DNA of 64,000 bases from Phyllosticta citribraziliensis. Taxonomy: Eukaryota. Every line of letters starts with the position of its first letter. The first letter of the stretch is position 1. Below the pieces are notes generated by a model that was not told where the DNA came from, searched no databases, and saw only the letters and a program-made list of their open reading frames with translations. A program made the translations under genes and the position numbers. Positions 25,301-37,459 of this stretch are shown in pieces. The stretch is from the NCBI RefSeq assembly GCF_038025025.1, contig NW_027117339.1, positions 2,108,001 through 2,172,000 on the forward strand, in the 5' to 3' direction.

Positions 25301-26027
25301 GCACCTAACGTGCTGCTTGTTACCCAAGGTCCACCGGGATACGATGGAGGTTCTTTTCACATTTTTGAACTGGGTATCCTCATTTTGCGCCGTTGACGAA
25401 GACACGGGCAGCAAAATGGATATCCATAATCTAGCAACTGTCATTGCTCCTAACATCCTTTACCCCAACGTCAAGAGCCCAGACATGGAGGCAAGTTTCC
25501 TTGCAATCGAAGCTGTACATGCCTTGATCGAATGCAACGACTCCATGTGCGAGGTAAGCTACCGCAGACTACCATTGCAAGCCCTCTGCTAACGTCGTCA
25601 ACAGGTCCCCGAGGAGCTTCAATCCATTCTGGCAGACTCCAACATGTTTGACCTCAGTGCTGAACTGACGACCAAGGAAATCCTGAAGCGTGTAGGCGAG
25701 ATGGGCAAGATTCCGCAAGCGACGGTGCACAGCGGACAACCCCAGACTGGCAATTCAGGCAATCGGTCATCGGCTCCCGTCGTGGCCAGGATCGAGACAG
25801 ACCCGTCACCATACCATGCCGAGTCGTCGGTCCGACATGTGGGTGACGTCCAGTCGTCCAACAACGAGGCCCTGGCGTACCCCAAGCCGGCATATATCAA
25901 CCCGACAGGGTCAGCAGAGAGCCACGGCAGTGACCGAGGGTCACCGAACCGACAGAGCCAATATCGACCCGGAGGGCCGCAATATCCACAACGGCAAAAT
26001 CCGGTAGCGCCAACTGGAGCAGGTTGA
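22347..26027 (+). CDS. LRG1: LIM-domain Rho GTPase-activating protein (Lrg1/Rga1 type); introns 22659-22716, 23420-23470, 24098-24150, 25554-25604
   Basis: LIM zinc fingers (CGKC..FHLECFTC; CYEC..HIEHFTC; CPVC..HVACMAC) and RhoGAP with EGVFRKNGN arginine finger, LAALLKKFLRELP, SKMDIHNLATVIAPNI. Four canonical introns join the ORF fragments. Confidence 0.93.
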
Positions 26028-29000
26028 AGTGATTCCCAAGGGCCAGAAGCAAGGGCGCATGAAAGAGATATCAGCAAAGCAGTGGTTGTGGCAGACATGA
26101 GGATTTCTGATTGGCATTGAGAAATGGGTCTCTTCGGTCGGCAAAAAATCACAAACGGTTGTGTGTTTGTTGTAGTGGCACTGGAGTTCTCTTTTTTTTC
26201 GTCTCTTTTTTCGTTTTCTTTCTGTGTGGTCGCTGGATTGTTGTCGTTGTTAACTTTTGCCGTGGCATGGACATGGAATGGTTTGGGGTTGAAGGATTGC
26301 TGGTGAATAATCGGGAGCGGAGCGAAGGTGGTGCTGGTGCGGTCCCGTTTTCCTGTTGTCGCGACACTTGTTTCCCTCTTTCCTCTTTCGTTTTGGGTCC
26401 TCGTCCACCGCAGCAGCCAGGGGAAGAGCTGCGGAGGGATTTGCGTCCATCCAAGCGCGCATGGCGGAGCAGCAGCATGCGGGTGTGGATGGACGTTCGT
26501 TCGTACGGTCTACGGTCATCGTGCTGGATGGATGCATGGGCGAGGAGAGGTTCTGGATATTCTCTCCGACGCTGCGTTGCTGGCTGGCACATCCACCAAC
26601 ACGATACGAAGCGGCTTTTTGGGGGAACTTGTCTGTCGTCATCTGCCCTTTTTTCTTTTCTCTCCTTTTCTTTTTCCTCCTCCTCGTCTCCGCCTGTCGG
26701 TTCTAAGCCTTAATCTTCTTCGCACCGGGGAGTTTTATCTCCTCTACGACCACCCTTTCGCTCCTCATCCCCCTCCTTCCATCTCCTCCTCTCCCTCTCC
26801 CTCCTCCTTCCTCCATCTTCGACACCAACATTATCTTTTTTTTTTTTTTTTTTTCCTCCGTGGTTTCACTCTTCTACTCCTCGGATCCGCTGTCCTTTTC
26901 ACAAAGTGTTCGACAGCAACCTCGGAAGCGGCAAGGCAAGCAAGCAAGTCTGCAGCCAAGTGCCGAAGAGGACGATCCGTTCGAGCAGACAGACGGTCAT
27001 ACAAGAAGGGAAAGACGCGCAGGCAAGCGGGGCACAGGCTGGGCGGGACAAAGAACCTAAGCGAGTGAGAAAACCAGCAGGCAGACAGGTTGTTCAGGCA
27101 TAGCAGTAGTTGGCAGTCGAGGCGAGCAAGCAGAAAGGCACGCATGCAAGCAGCGGCGGCTTTCAATTCTCTTTCCCATTGTTCTACACGTGTCTTTGCC
27201 TCGAAACGAAGGGAGACGAAGCGAAGAATGAATTCGCCTCTTATGGAGACATGGTTGATGGGGGCACTTCTTCGCGCCCTCTTCTCTCCTTTCCAGATGA
27301 ATTCATGTCCGCCAGCCAGCTTTCTAAGCTGGGTGTTGCATACGTGCGTATGTTTGTTCGGCCACAGGCCCATGGTCTGCAGACACACGGTGCCCTAATC
27401 ACAACAGTCGCAACAGTTGCAAGTTGTCCTCCCTTCCGCCCGTTGATGGTTACCGTTGGCAGATACGCCCGTAGGTTGGTGGACCCTCAGCACAACAAAG
27501 TCGATAGTCTACGCCACTGCCTTGATGACAAACAGACGGCGGCGGGTCGGGTCGCGGATGAAACAGATGTCTGTGCGCTGCTACCTAGGTGTGTATCTTT
27601 GGTGTGTTGGGTGGCTTGGTAAGAGCATTATTTTGTGTGCCAGCTAGCTGGTTTAGGCATGCAGGTACTGTAGTCGAGTGTTCTGCGTGTCTCTCTGCGT
27701 CTGGGGGTTTGCGGCAGTGCCAGGTCTGGCAGTGATGGTGACTCACACTGATTCGGCGGCTTCTGGAAGCAGAGAGAACCGGTTTGGAGCAGTCGGGCCT
27801 CTTGAGGGGCGCGGCGTGGAGGTCGTCGAGACTAGGAAGGAGTAGGCACCAAGTAGATAGGGCGAGCAATGAGGAACGAGGGAGAGCGAGAGGCACGGAG
27901 CGTTGCATCAAAACCCACAAGGGATCGGCGCAGGCGCCGGGGCGCGGGCGTTTGCGGGGTGGTGAGATAGGATCGAGTGGTTGGCCGTTATTCGCCGATG
28001 GACGAACGCCCGTTTCAGCTCTGGCGAGGAGGCGATCGAGTGAGAGGGTGGGTGGGAGGAGAGGAGAGAGCTGAGCGAGAGGTAGAGTGGTAGGTGGGAT
28101 GGGCCGAATGAAGCAATGATGGGAGTGGTGGAGTGAGGGGAAGAGAAGGAAACAGGTCATCAATCAGTCAGATTGGTCGGCGAGATGGGATACATCATCA
28201 TCGTCATCATGATTGTCGTCGTCATCCGAGAGGACAATTGTTAAGCTGTCAAGACTGGACTGTGTCGACCTCACCGCTGCTTGGGAAGTCGGATCAAAGA
28301 GGTGAGGTGAGAGAGGAAGAAGACCGGGGGGAGGCGAGGACCCTGGTGCTGGCCTCGTCGGGAGCTAGGACCATCCCTGGCAGCCCAACGGCGGCAGTTT
28401 TCTCTTGCCTTGGGCCCTTTGCCAATATTTTTGTTCATTGCTGATGCTATTTTCTGGTTGGGCGCTTGCAGAGGACGAAATTGGCCGGTCGCGTGGGATG
28501 GTTGTTTGTTTGTGGTCGATAGCTGGGTAGGATGCGCATGGTGAGGGACGTCAGGGTGTAGCCACCCGCGACTACCTACACCACCACGTCCTCCTCCTCA
28601 CGGGCCTTGGCTTGTGGTTCTCGGCTCTTTAGGGCCACCTGCATGAACCCACACGTTCTCTTCTCTCGCCCACGGCACCTCATTGAGTCACGAGTAGAAA
28701 CGACCAAGGTAGGTGCCTAGGTAGCAAAGGAACACACCATGGATGGAAGAAAGACCATCAGATGGGCAGGGATGGCGAGCATGGGCCATCCCTTCTGCCC
28801 AAAGGCTGAGACATGTTGAGCCCTGCGTCATCACCTCCATCTTCATGGCGACGGGACCAGACGCTTTTTCGTCTGTGCCTGAGGAACTGCCAGACTCGAC
28901 ATCACGGCTGTCGCGTCGGTTACAGCACCTCGCTCGACGAAAATCCCCTACACGACGCTGCCATTCGGTCCTTTCCTTTGCATCCATCTAGGTCACGACT

Positions 29001-29512
29001 GCCGCTCTATTTATTGCGCTACGCGGCCTGAAGGATTGCGACCACGACCCCGTCTTTTGCTAGCACCGACTCTCTTCAAAGCCATCTTTCGCTCCCTTGC
29101 CCTTCTGCAACACCACGCTCCGACAAGACGTTTGATCCGCTCCCACGTCGTACGTACACCTGTACAGTGACGCTTCTACGCCCGTACCCCACCATCTCCT
29201 CCGACGGCACACCACGACTACTCGACCAGCGCCTCTGACGCCGTTGCTGTGCTACAAAAACACCAAATCCCCTCACCAGCTCCAGCTCGAATTTTTTTTG
29301 GCCTGCTCACCACCACTCCTCACCCTGCCTCGACCTCTCTGCCTACCCTAGACTCTTATTCGCCGACATCGCAATCACCAACAAACATCAACACTCGACC
29401 ACAAGAGCTGCATCGAACCACCATCTCGCCGCCGCCTCGCCACCTGCAACCCTCCGCTCTTCGCGCGGCATAGCCCGCACAGGCACCCGCCACCAAAACA
29501 TAAACAGCGAAC

Positions 29513-31596
29513 ATGTTCAACATTTCGCTGCCGCGCCTGCCCTCGCTCAAGGGCCTCGTGGGCAGCGCCGGCCCGGCCGTCAAACTGCCCACCGTCGAGA
29601 TTCACGACGTCGAGACTGCCGCTGAGAAGCGACCCCGAACACTCAAGCACCTGTTGCGCGCAAACCACGCCAACCACTCGGTCATCTACAGGGAGGGCAG
29701 AGCTAGAAATGGCACGGCCGAGGTAAGATCCGGGATCAATGTCAGAGGCGAGAACTTGGGCTGACAAGACCAGCTTCTGGGAGCAGCGTACATGTTTGGC
29801 GCATCGGCAGAGCAGATGAACGAGATCTACGACAAGGAGTCGGAACAGCTGGAGCCGTGGAGAGACTCTCCCGGCGAGATCTCGCGCCACGATTGGAGAG
29901 ACTTTTTGGGCAAGAGGGAGTAAGTTGGACTCTCGTTGAGCACGAGCAGGGATACATGCTTACGGCGGGTCAACAGATATCAGCGCGCGTTCGTCGACTT
30001 CTTTGAAGACCAACTGGTTCAGTACAGCTACGACTGGAAGAAAATGTTGGACGACTTCTTGTTCTCGGGAGACGAGCCGTTGATCAACAACTTTGTGGCT
30101 GGCAGTAAGTTGCATTCGCCGATCCAGCCTTGGACTCGTTCTGACAAGTTGCAGTCGGCCATCCACTTGTCCACCTCAGCTACGCATACGAACTCAAAAG
30201 CCGAACCCTCGCCATCGAAGCTCTCGCCCTCAATTGCTGCTACCACAACTTCCTCCACAAATATCTTGACGAACCCAAGTATACCCGGCCGAGTGCCAAC
30301 CCGACTTCGTCTCTTACCGAAATATTCGAGCGTGTTGCTGCCGACAAACGCTTCGACAACCTCTTCGACGGCCCTGGTGGCGCGAACATTGAATCTGTCT
30401 TTGATCATGCCGAGGAAGCTATTCTGGAGCACTGGAATAGCTGGCAAATGGGTAGCAGTGGCCGCAACTCTGGCGGTCCCACCAGTCCGACAGCAACCTC
30501 TTCGCCGCCGCCCTCCTCCACCACGACTCCCCAGGCCACGCCGACCCCTAGCCCCAGGCCGTCACTCACAGCCCAGTTTGCCGAAGCCCAAAAACTCGCC
30601 ACCATCCTTCTCCTCGCCAAGTCGTCGTCAGGCGACCGCAAACGACGCTACGACTTTTACCTCTCTTCCCTCCTCAATACGACACATGCCCTCCGCGTCC
30701 TTCTCCCTCTCATCCCCGCGCGCTGGCACGGCCCCCTCCTGCGCCAGTGGCTGCTCTTCGCTCTGTCCATCTTCATTGCACAGCTGCGTCCCCCGCTTCG
30801 AACTCCTTCTACTACAGAAGAGGAACTGGTTGCCGAGCTCGAAGACGGTCGTGGCTGGCATGATGTCGGCAACTGCGTGCTCAAGGGTCGCTACTCGGGC
30901 GACGTTGCGTATGTATCTGTACTGCGATCGTTCCAGGCCGCTGGACAGACGTGGAGAGAGGACCGCCGGTTCTACCTGGCGTCGGCGGTACGCTTCGCAA
31001 CCGAGTTTGACGGCTGGGGCGGCTTTGGCCGCGTCGGCGGCGACGAAGAAGCAAAGATACACACGCGCAGCCGCGCCGCGAGCGTCGTCGTGGGCGACGC
31101 TTCGGGCATGGCGTCGACGGCGGACGGCGGTGGCAGCCCGTACGTGGGCGGCATTGGCATCAGCATTGGCGGTGGAGGTGGCGCGGTGAGCGGCGGCGGC
31201 GTTACTGGCGGCGGCGCCAACGTCTCCTCATCTGCTGGAGGCAGGACGCGCAAGGGCAGCGTGACGCAGGGCCGCACCGAGGAGTGGGTGGGCAGCCTGA
31301 CGGCCACGGCGCCGCCGGTGCTCGAAGAGGAAGAGGGCCTCGGGTTCCCCGGGTTCCCCTTCAGCGGCGGCCTGAGGAGCGCGTCGGGCGGCACGGCCAT
31401 GAGCGCCAGCGCGGCCAGCGCAGTGAGTGCGAATCCAAGCGGGCTGGGCGCCAGCGTCGCGTCGATTCATCCGGAGCCTGTCCGCCGCGCGAACCGGACG
31501 CGCAAGAGCAGTTCGGCAGCGGAGCGCGAGCGGAGGCGCAAGAGCGGCAGCGCCAGCAGTGGGAGCGCGAGCAGTGAGAGTGTTAGCAGGAGATGA
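29513..31596 (+). CDS. Questin oxidase-like (DUF4243, MGS207-type) protein with degenerate metal motifs and a Gly/Ser-rich tail; introns 29723-29773, 29920-29976, 30105-30154
   Basis: VEIHDVET..RTLKHLLRANHANHSVIY, EYQRAFVDFFEDQL and GHPLVHLSYAYE blocks. Spliced frames are consistent through to the 30448-31596 ORF. Confidence 0.8.
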
Positions 31597-33894
31597 TTTC
31601 TTTCTGAGAGAGACGGTGAGTGCGGAGGCGGTGGGGGGGTTGAAAAATGAACAGAAAGATCAGTGAAAAAGCGAAAAAGGAGTGCAAATGACGACGGAAA
31701 GGGAACGGGGGGGTTTGTCAAAAAGAAAAAAAGGGCGAACGAGGCTGGATGGATGACAAAAGAGGAGGATACCTGCCTGTCTATATCTTGTCATTGTTTT
31801 CTTTTGGGGCATGGTGGCATGTGCATGGCATATCAAGTGTATAATTTTTTCGGGCATTGGAGGGTGGCTGGATGGGCGCGCTTTTGCATCTTGTTTCGAT
31901 GTTGTTGTTTTTGTTAGTGTTGGAGTAGTAGCTGTAACGTCCACGTCACGTATCACGGCTTATGCATCGTTCACCATGGCATTTTCACATCATCGATCAT
32001 CATGGGCGTCGGTTGCAGCTTCATGCCTGCATAGGTAGGTAGGTGCGCACCTAGTTGAGGTGGCTCGCTGACGTCATACATCGTGCACCGTAGGTGCTCC
32101 CTGCCGACCCGGACCTTCCCGCCCACGGCAGTCGAGGGAGTCTGGCCCCGGCACCTTCCTGTTGGCCGCCCCCAACTCGCCGAATCCCTGTCGACGCGTC
32201 GCTCTTCCACTGTCCCCCCCCCCCCGCCCCTCTTGCCTCTCCTCTCATCCAATCCGCGCGCGACAGGCAGGCAAGCAGTCTGTTGGTCAGCCAGCCAGCC
32301 AGCCAGTCAGTCAGCTGGACGCGGAACGCGCGGGACTTGATTGCGCTGGTGTTGGGCAGCGGAAGGGTAAGCGGTAGGGGAGTGTGCATGCGCAGAATGG
32401 AAGGTGAAAATAGAGGGGAGGAGAGGGGGATAATCGGCAGCGCGGACCATTGAAGCCGGGCAGAAAGAAGGAAACGCCTCGGGGGCTTGTGACGATGCGG
32501 ACAAGGAAAAGGATGGCGGTTGGTTGGCGGGCGTGAGGAGGAGAGAGTGGTAGGTACATGTAGGGATTGGGCGGTTGGCAGCGAGGTGTGTGTCAGAGTA
32601 GCAGAGCAGGTGGGCGGGGAGGGGGATGAGGTAATGATGGGTGTGGGTGAGAGCGAGAATTATGGAAGAAGCGGGCAGGGTTAGGGGGTAAGGGTAGCGG
32701 TAGGTAAGGGTGCTGTAGGGTTGGTGGGTGCGGGCGGACGGGAAGAGATGCCTGGGTACGGTAGATGCGAGGCGGGACAGGGCACGGCATGGACAAACCC
32801 AAGTCGGTCGAACCCTGTCTCAGCGAAATACGGTAATATGTGTGCAAGTCCACAAAGACATGTGCCGACGGACGACGACGACGAACGAGAGATGGAAGGC
32901 CATGGTCACTGGCAGATGGCTGGTGCACCCAGGTGCTGGTGCAGGTCGGGTGCAGGTCGGGTGCAAGCCACCCGGACGACTTCTGGATGAAGGAATGGGG
33001 ATCGACGGGCTCAAGCTCACCACTTGGCAGGGCAGCGGGCGGCTGGGCTGGGCTGGTGCTTGTTTCTGTTTCGGTTTCTCACGACTTCGTTTGTCTCCTG
33101 TCGACGGGCGTGTAGGGCTGCGACATGGGAAATCAGGGATGCGACGAGTCGTTTGGTCGGTAATACGGTACTGGTGAAGAAGCAAGGGAGGACTGCACGT
33201 GGACCATGCCTGGCAACACGAAGGAACCAACCTAAGCATATCAACGGCACGTCATCGGCACCGAGATAGTAATTCATGTCCGCCATGGGAAAGATGCAGT
33301 TTCGAGGCGACAAAGCGAAGTGACCGCCCAGAATGCCGTCAGACGCACGGCCGACCCCGTCAGTCGTCACACCCACTGGACCGGCGCTGACGAGAGGGAG
33401 AGAGAGGTCGGGCGGGATCCGTCTGTTTCCGCCGCCGCCGCCGCCGCCCGGAGAGAGTCAGGTCGACGGGAGCAGGGAAAAGCACAGCACAGCAAAAGAG
33501 TCAGCCCAGACTCTCGGATGCTCGGGGTCCGTCGCGGAGCGCATCAAAGCCCGTTGTCCAAGAAAATAATCTTCATCTCAAGCAAAATTGACACGGGCTC
33601 GTCCAAGGATCGGCGCCGCCGCCCCGAACCGGCTTCCAGCCCTCCCATCGACCCCGGTACGTCATACTTTCCACCACCTTAACCTTCTGCTCCAATCCAT
33701 TGCATGCCTCCTCAAAACCAAGAACGCCCCGCCCCTCGCCCTCACATTCCGCTTACTCTGTACCTCCATTGCATCCATCCCTACCGCACCTACTCCACGC
33801 CCACGTCCCCAGACATAATCTCGTCTTAAGACGTCTGGTGGCCCGTTGCTCACTCAAACCTCCACCATACCTTCCTCTGCTACACCCACCAATC

Positions 33895-36800
33895 ATGTCG
33901 TCGCTGAAAAGAGCCCTCACCAAGCTCAAGACTGGTGGGAGGGACCACTCTAGCCCCCACTCCACCGACGACGAGAACTCGCTCAAGAGCCCCAAGCCCA
34001 ATGGCGCTGGTCCCGCCTCTCCGCGCGTCGCCTCGCCCCAGGGCGTCAGGTCGCCTGGCAGAGCCTCGCCCAGGTCCGGTTCTCCGCGCACCTCCGCCAT
34101 CTTTGGCCGTAGCAGCGGCACCTTTGAGCGCAGCCACCGCAACAGCACAAACTTTGGCGACAAGCCTTCCTCTCACAGCCCCATTCGCAACCTCAGAGAG
34201 AAGCTGCACCTCGGCGGCGATGACGACTCCGACTCGGCCGACATTCCGCTCAACCGCGACGGCGAGCCCATGAGCAGGAACCAATTGAAGAAGCAAGAAA
34301 AGGCTGCCGAGCAGGAACTTCACAAGCGCGAGGCTGAAGAGCGTCAAGAAGCCCAATTGCGCAAGCGTCGCGAAATGGAGGAGCGCGCAAAGGCCGAGGA
34401 GACGCCCGAGATGCGCGCCAAGTACGGAGAGCTCCCCATCAACAGCTACGCCAACGACAACTACGAGCACAAGGACCGCGTCATCGTCCTCGACCTCTCT
34501 TCCAAGGATGTCGGCAAGGAAGTCTTCTTCCGCGCTCGCATCCACCACTTGCGCAAGATGAGCGCCCACCTCGTCTTCTTTGTCCTGCGACAGCAAACGG
34601 CCACCATTCAGGGTGTTTTGCACGAACACGGCCACATTTTCCCACACTTTGTCTACTGGGCCGAGCATCTGGACGCCGAGTCGGTCGTCCTGGTCAAGGG
34701 CATCGTCCAGGAACCCAAGGCCAAGGAGGGCGTCATCAAGGGCACCACCGTCCATGACGTCGAAATCTCCATCCACGAGCTGCACGTCGAGTCCAAGGTC
34801 ACGACGCCGCTGCCCTTTAGCGTCGCCGAGGCCGAGGTCACCAAGGCTGAGACTGAGCAAGAAGGCGACACGCGTGTCCGCGTTAGTGACAGGACCCGTC
34901 TCTCCAACCGCATCATCGACTTGCGTTCCACCACCTCGCAGAGCATTTTCCGCATCCAGTCCGGTCTTTGCAACCTCTTCCGTTCCTACCTTGATACCCA
35001 GGGTTTCATTGAAATCCACACTCCCAAACTGCAAGGCGGTGCTACCGAGTCCGGCGCCAGCGTCTTCAAGCTCGACTACTTTGGCCGTCCAGCCTTCCTG
35101 GCCCAGAGTCCCCAGCTCGCCAAGCAAATGTGTATCTCTGCCGACTTTGGCAGGGTCTACGAGATTGGTGCCGTCTTCCGTGCCGAAAACTCCAACACCC
35201 ATCGCCACTTGACCGAGTACACGGGTCTCGATATTGAAATGCAAATCGACGAGCACTACCACGAGGTCCTCAACACGCTTGACCGCACCTTTAAGCACAT
35301 CTTTGCAGGCGTTTACGAGCGCTACCGCCACGAGCTTGATGTCGTCAAGCGCCAGTTCCCCCACCAAGACCTCGTGTGGCTCGACAAGACGCTCCGACTG
35401 CCCTTTGCCGAAGCCATTCGCCTGCTCGACGAGTCGGGCTGGCGGGATGACAATGGGAACCCCCTGGACGAGAACGAGGACATGGGTACGAGGGACGAGA
35501 TTCAGCTGGGCAAGGTCATCAAGGAAAAGTACGGCACCGACTACTACATCCTTGACAAGTTCCCCGTCTCTGCCCGGCCGTTTTACACGATGCCCGACCC
35601 CGAAAACTCCAATGTCACCAACTCGTTTGACATTTTCCTCCGCGGTCAGGAGATCTTGTCTGGTGGGCAGCGTATCCACGATGCCGACTTGCTCGTCCAG
35701 AACATGGAGAAGCTGAAGATGGACCCCAAGACTCTGGAGGAGTACATCCAGGGCTTTGAGTGGGGTGCTCCTCCTCACGGAGGCGGTGGTATCGGTCTCG
35801 AGCGCATGCTCATGCTGCTCCTCAACTTGGGCGACATTCGCCACGGCACCTTGTTCCACCGCGACCCAAGGAGTTTGCCTGCAAAGCCGCCCGTCAAGAA
35901 GCTGCGTCACCCCGAGTCCAGCACGCTCCACCCGCCTTGGGAGGGCACCGACAGGGCGGCTGCAGCCATCGATTTCCAGCCCATCGAGAAGCTCATTGCC
36001 AACTACGGCGACGCCTCAAACACGTCTTGGCTGGAGCCGCGCACGCAAATCTGGCGCGACGACCTCACCGGTGCAGCCGTCGGCTTCGTGCCGCAGGGAG
36101 ACTACGCCATTACCGTTGGCGACCCGCTCTGCCACCAGTCGCAGTACGTCAAGACCATTGCGGGTTACCTCCGATGGATTAAGAAGGATCGGAACCTCAA
36201 GCCGCTCTGGCTCCTGTGCGGTCCCGAAGTCGAAGACGTGCTCGCCACACGCTTCAACTGGCGCACATTCTCCGTCGCCGCCGAGCAGCGTCTCGACCCT
36301 ACCAACAACCCGGCCGCTCACGACCACGACTTGCAGCGCAAGATTCGTCACGCCGAGAAGGAGGGCGTCAAGATTTTCGACTTCCCCTTGGGCTCCCCGC
36401 CTCCCCAAGACGTCCGTGACAAGATTGACGCCCGCGTCAAGGACTGGCTCGCCAACCGCAAGGGCAAGCAAGTTCACTTGACCGACATTCACCCATGGCA
36501 GGACAGCGAGCACCGTGTCTACCACTACGCCGTCGACAAGGATGGCACTATTGCTGCCTTCGTCGCCATGGCGCAGCTCAGCCCCGACCACGGCTGGCAG
36601 GTCAAGTACTCGCTCGACTTCCCCGGCGCGCCCTCGGGCACCATCGAGTACATTGTGACGCACGCGCTCAAGCAGCTGGCCGCCAAGGGCGAGACCAACA
36701 TTACTTTTGGCGGCGGTGCCTCCGCGCGCTTCACGCCCGGCCACAACATGAAGAAGCCGCGCGTCAAGGTGCTGAGCAAGGCGTACCAAGCCATCTCGCA

Positions 36801-36939
36801 GGAGCTCAAGCTCACCAACAAGAGCGAGTTCCGCGAGAAGCTGGGAGCCCACGAGGACCCCGTCTACGTCTGCTACCCGCCGCACGGCCTCGGTCCCATG
36901 GGCGTCAAGGCCATCCTGTCGTTCTTCGAGGACGAGTAG
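33895..36939 (+). CDS. erdS: Ergosteryl-3beta-O-aspartate synthase: aspartyl-tRNA synthetase fused to a DUF2156 (aminoacyl-tRNA transferase, GNAT-like) domain; intronless
   Basis: OB fold (RARIHHLR..FFVLRQ), class IIb motifs (FLAQSPQLAKQ, VFRAENSNTHRHLTEY, GQEILSGGQR, PPHGGGGIGLER), then about 350 aa with YGDASNTSW, VGDPLC, LQRKIRHAEKEGV, APSGTIE, ITFG and FREKLG typical of DUF2156. Confidence 0.92.
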   Translation: MSSLKRALTKLKTGGRDHSSPHSTDDENSLKSPKPNGAGPASPRVASPQGVRSPGRASPRSGSPRTSAIFGRSSGTFERSHRNSTNFGDKPSSHSPIRNLREKLHLGGDDDSDSADIPLNRDGEPMSRNQLKKQEKAAEQELHKREAEERQEAQLRKRREMEERAKAEETPEMRAKYGELPINSYANDNYEHKDRVIVLDLSSKDVGKEVFFRARIHHLRKMSAHLVFFVLRQQTATIQGVLHEHGHIFPHFVYWAEHLDAESVVLVKGIVQEPKAKEGVIKGTTVHDVEISIHELHVESKVTTPLPFSVAEAEVTKAETEQEGDTRVRVSDRTRLSNRIIDLRSTTSQSIFRIQSGLCNLFRSYLDTQGFIEIHTPKLQGGATESGASVFKLDYFGRPAFLAQSPQLAKQMCISADFGRVYEIGAVFRAENSNTHRHLTEYTGLDIEMQIDEHYHEVLNTLDRTFKHIFAGVYERYRHELDVVKRQFPHQDLVWLDKTLRLPFAEAIRLLDESGWRDDNGNPLDENEDMGTRDEIQLGKVIKEKYGTDYYILDKFPVSARPFYTMPDPENSNVTNSFDIFLRGQEILSGGQRIHDADLLVQNMEKLKMDPKTLEEYIQGFEWGAPPHGGGGIGLERMLMLLLNLGDIRHGTLFHRDPRSLPAKPPVKKLRHPESSTLHPPWEGTDRAAAAIDFQPIEKLIANYGDASNTSWLEPRTQIWRDDLTGAAVGFVPQGDYAITVGDPLCHQSQYVKTIAGYLRWIKKDRNLKPLWLLCGPEVEDVLATRFNWRTFSVAAEQRLDPTNNPAAHDHDLQRKIRHAEKEGVKIFDFPLGSPPPQDVRDKIDARVKDWLANRKGKQVHLTDIHPWQDSEHRVYHYAVDKDGTIAAFVAMAQLSPDHGWQVKYSLDFPGAPSGTIEYIVTHALKQLAAKGETNITFGGGASARFTPGHNMKKPRVKVLSKAYQAISQELKLTNKSEFREKLGAHEDPVYVCYPPHGLGPMGVKAILSFFEDE

Positions 36940-37459
36940 ATGCATTCGCGCGCGCTTCCAAAAATTCCCACTTTTAACTACGGAGTCGAGCGTTTGGCGT
37001 GCTCCCACACCGTTGAGAATTTCCACTCGGTTTAGACCTCTTTTCTGAAAGTGCTTGAAAAAGACGCGGCTGGCTGGTAGTGGTTGGTTGTATTGCAAAC
37101 CACCGCACCGGCCTGCAAGGACTCATGTTGTAGACGCCTCCTTTTTTCCCTTTGGTCATTTTGCTTTTTACCTATCCCCCCCCCGCATTGATTCCCCGCG
37201 TGCATTTTTCCTCCGTTGACGACCCTTTTCCTTTTTTTTTTTTTTTTTTTCCTTACGTTGCTTGCCGTGTGTTGGTTGGACATGGTGGTGGGGTCCGCAA
37301 ATGGACATGGAGGGAGGCTAGGCTTCGGTGGATGGATTGATTGATGAAGTGAGGCGGAAAGGTTACCACTCTAACTAAATACCTTTGACTATTATTTGAT
37401 AAACTCTCTCTCTCTCCTATGATCCTATGAATAATTGTAATCATTGAGTCGGCGTTGTT

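Noticed and set aside
26111..29470. Many 100-250 aa ORFs between LRG1 and the DUF4243 gene, and likewise at 7800-12300, 53700-55300 and 57900-60400
   Set aside because: Low-complexity, homopolymer-derived translations with no domains or coding-like codon bias; consistent with UTR and promoter DNA.
32677..32686. AGGGTTAGGG, resembling a telomerase RNA template (CCCTAACCCT on the minus strand)
   Set aside because: It sits in G-rich low-complexity sequence; no pseudoknot or CR4/5 elements could be identified.
33700..33894. 65-codon open frame upstream of the erdS ATG from a TTG start
   Set aside because: C-rich leader that is naturally stop-poor; the ATG at 33895 has good context (aatcATGt); no evidence for near-cognate initiation.
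33880..37098. Long antisense ORFs (683 and 360 aa) opposite the class II synthetase erdS, reminiscent of sense/antisense aaRS coding
   Set aside because: They are codon-aligned with the sense frame, which rarely uses TTA, CTA or TCA, so antisense stops are absent by codon bias; no class I HIGH/KMSKS motifs are visible.
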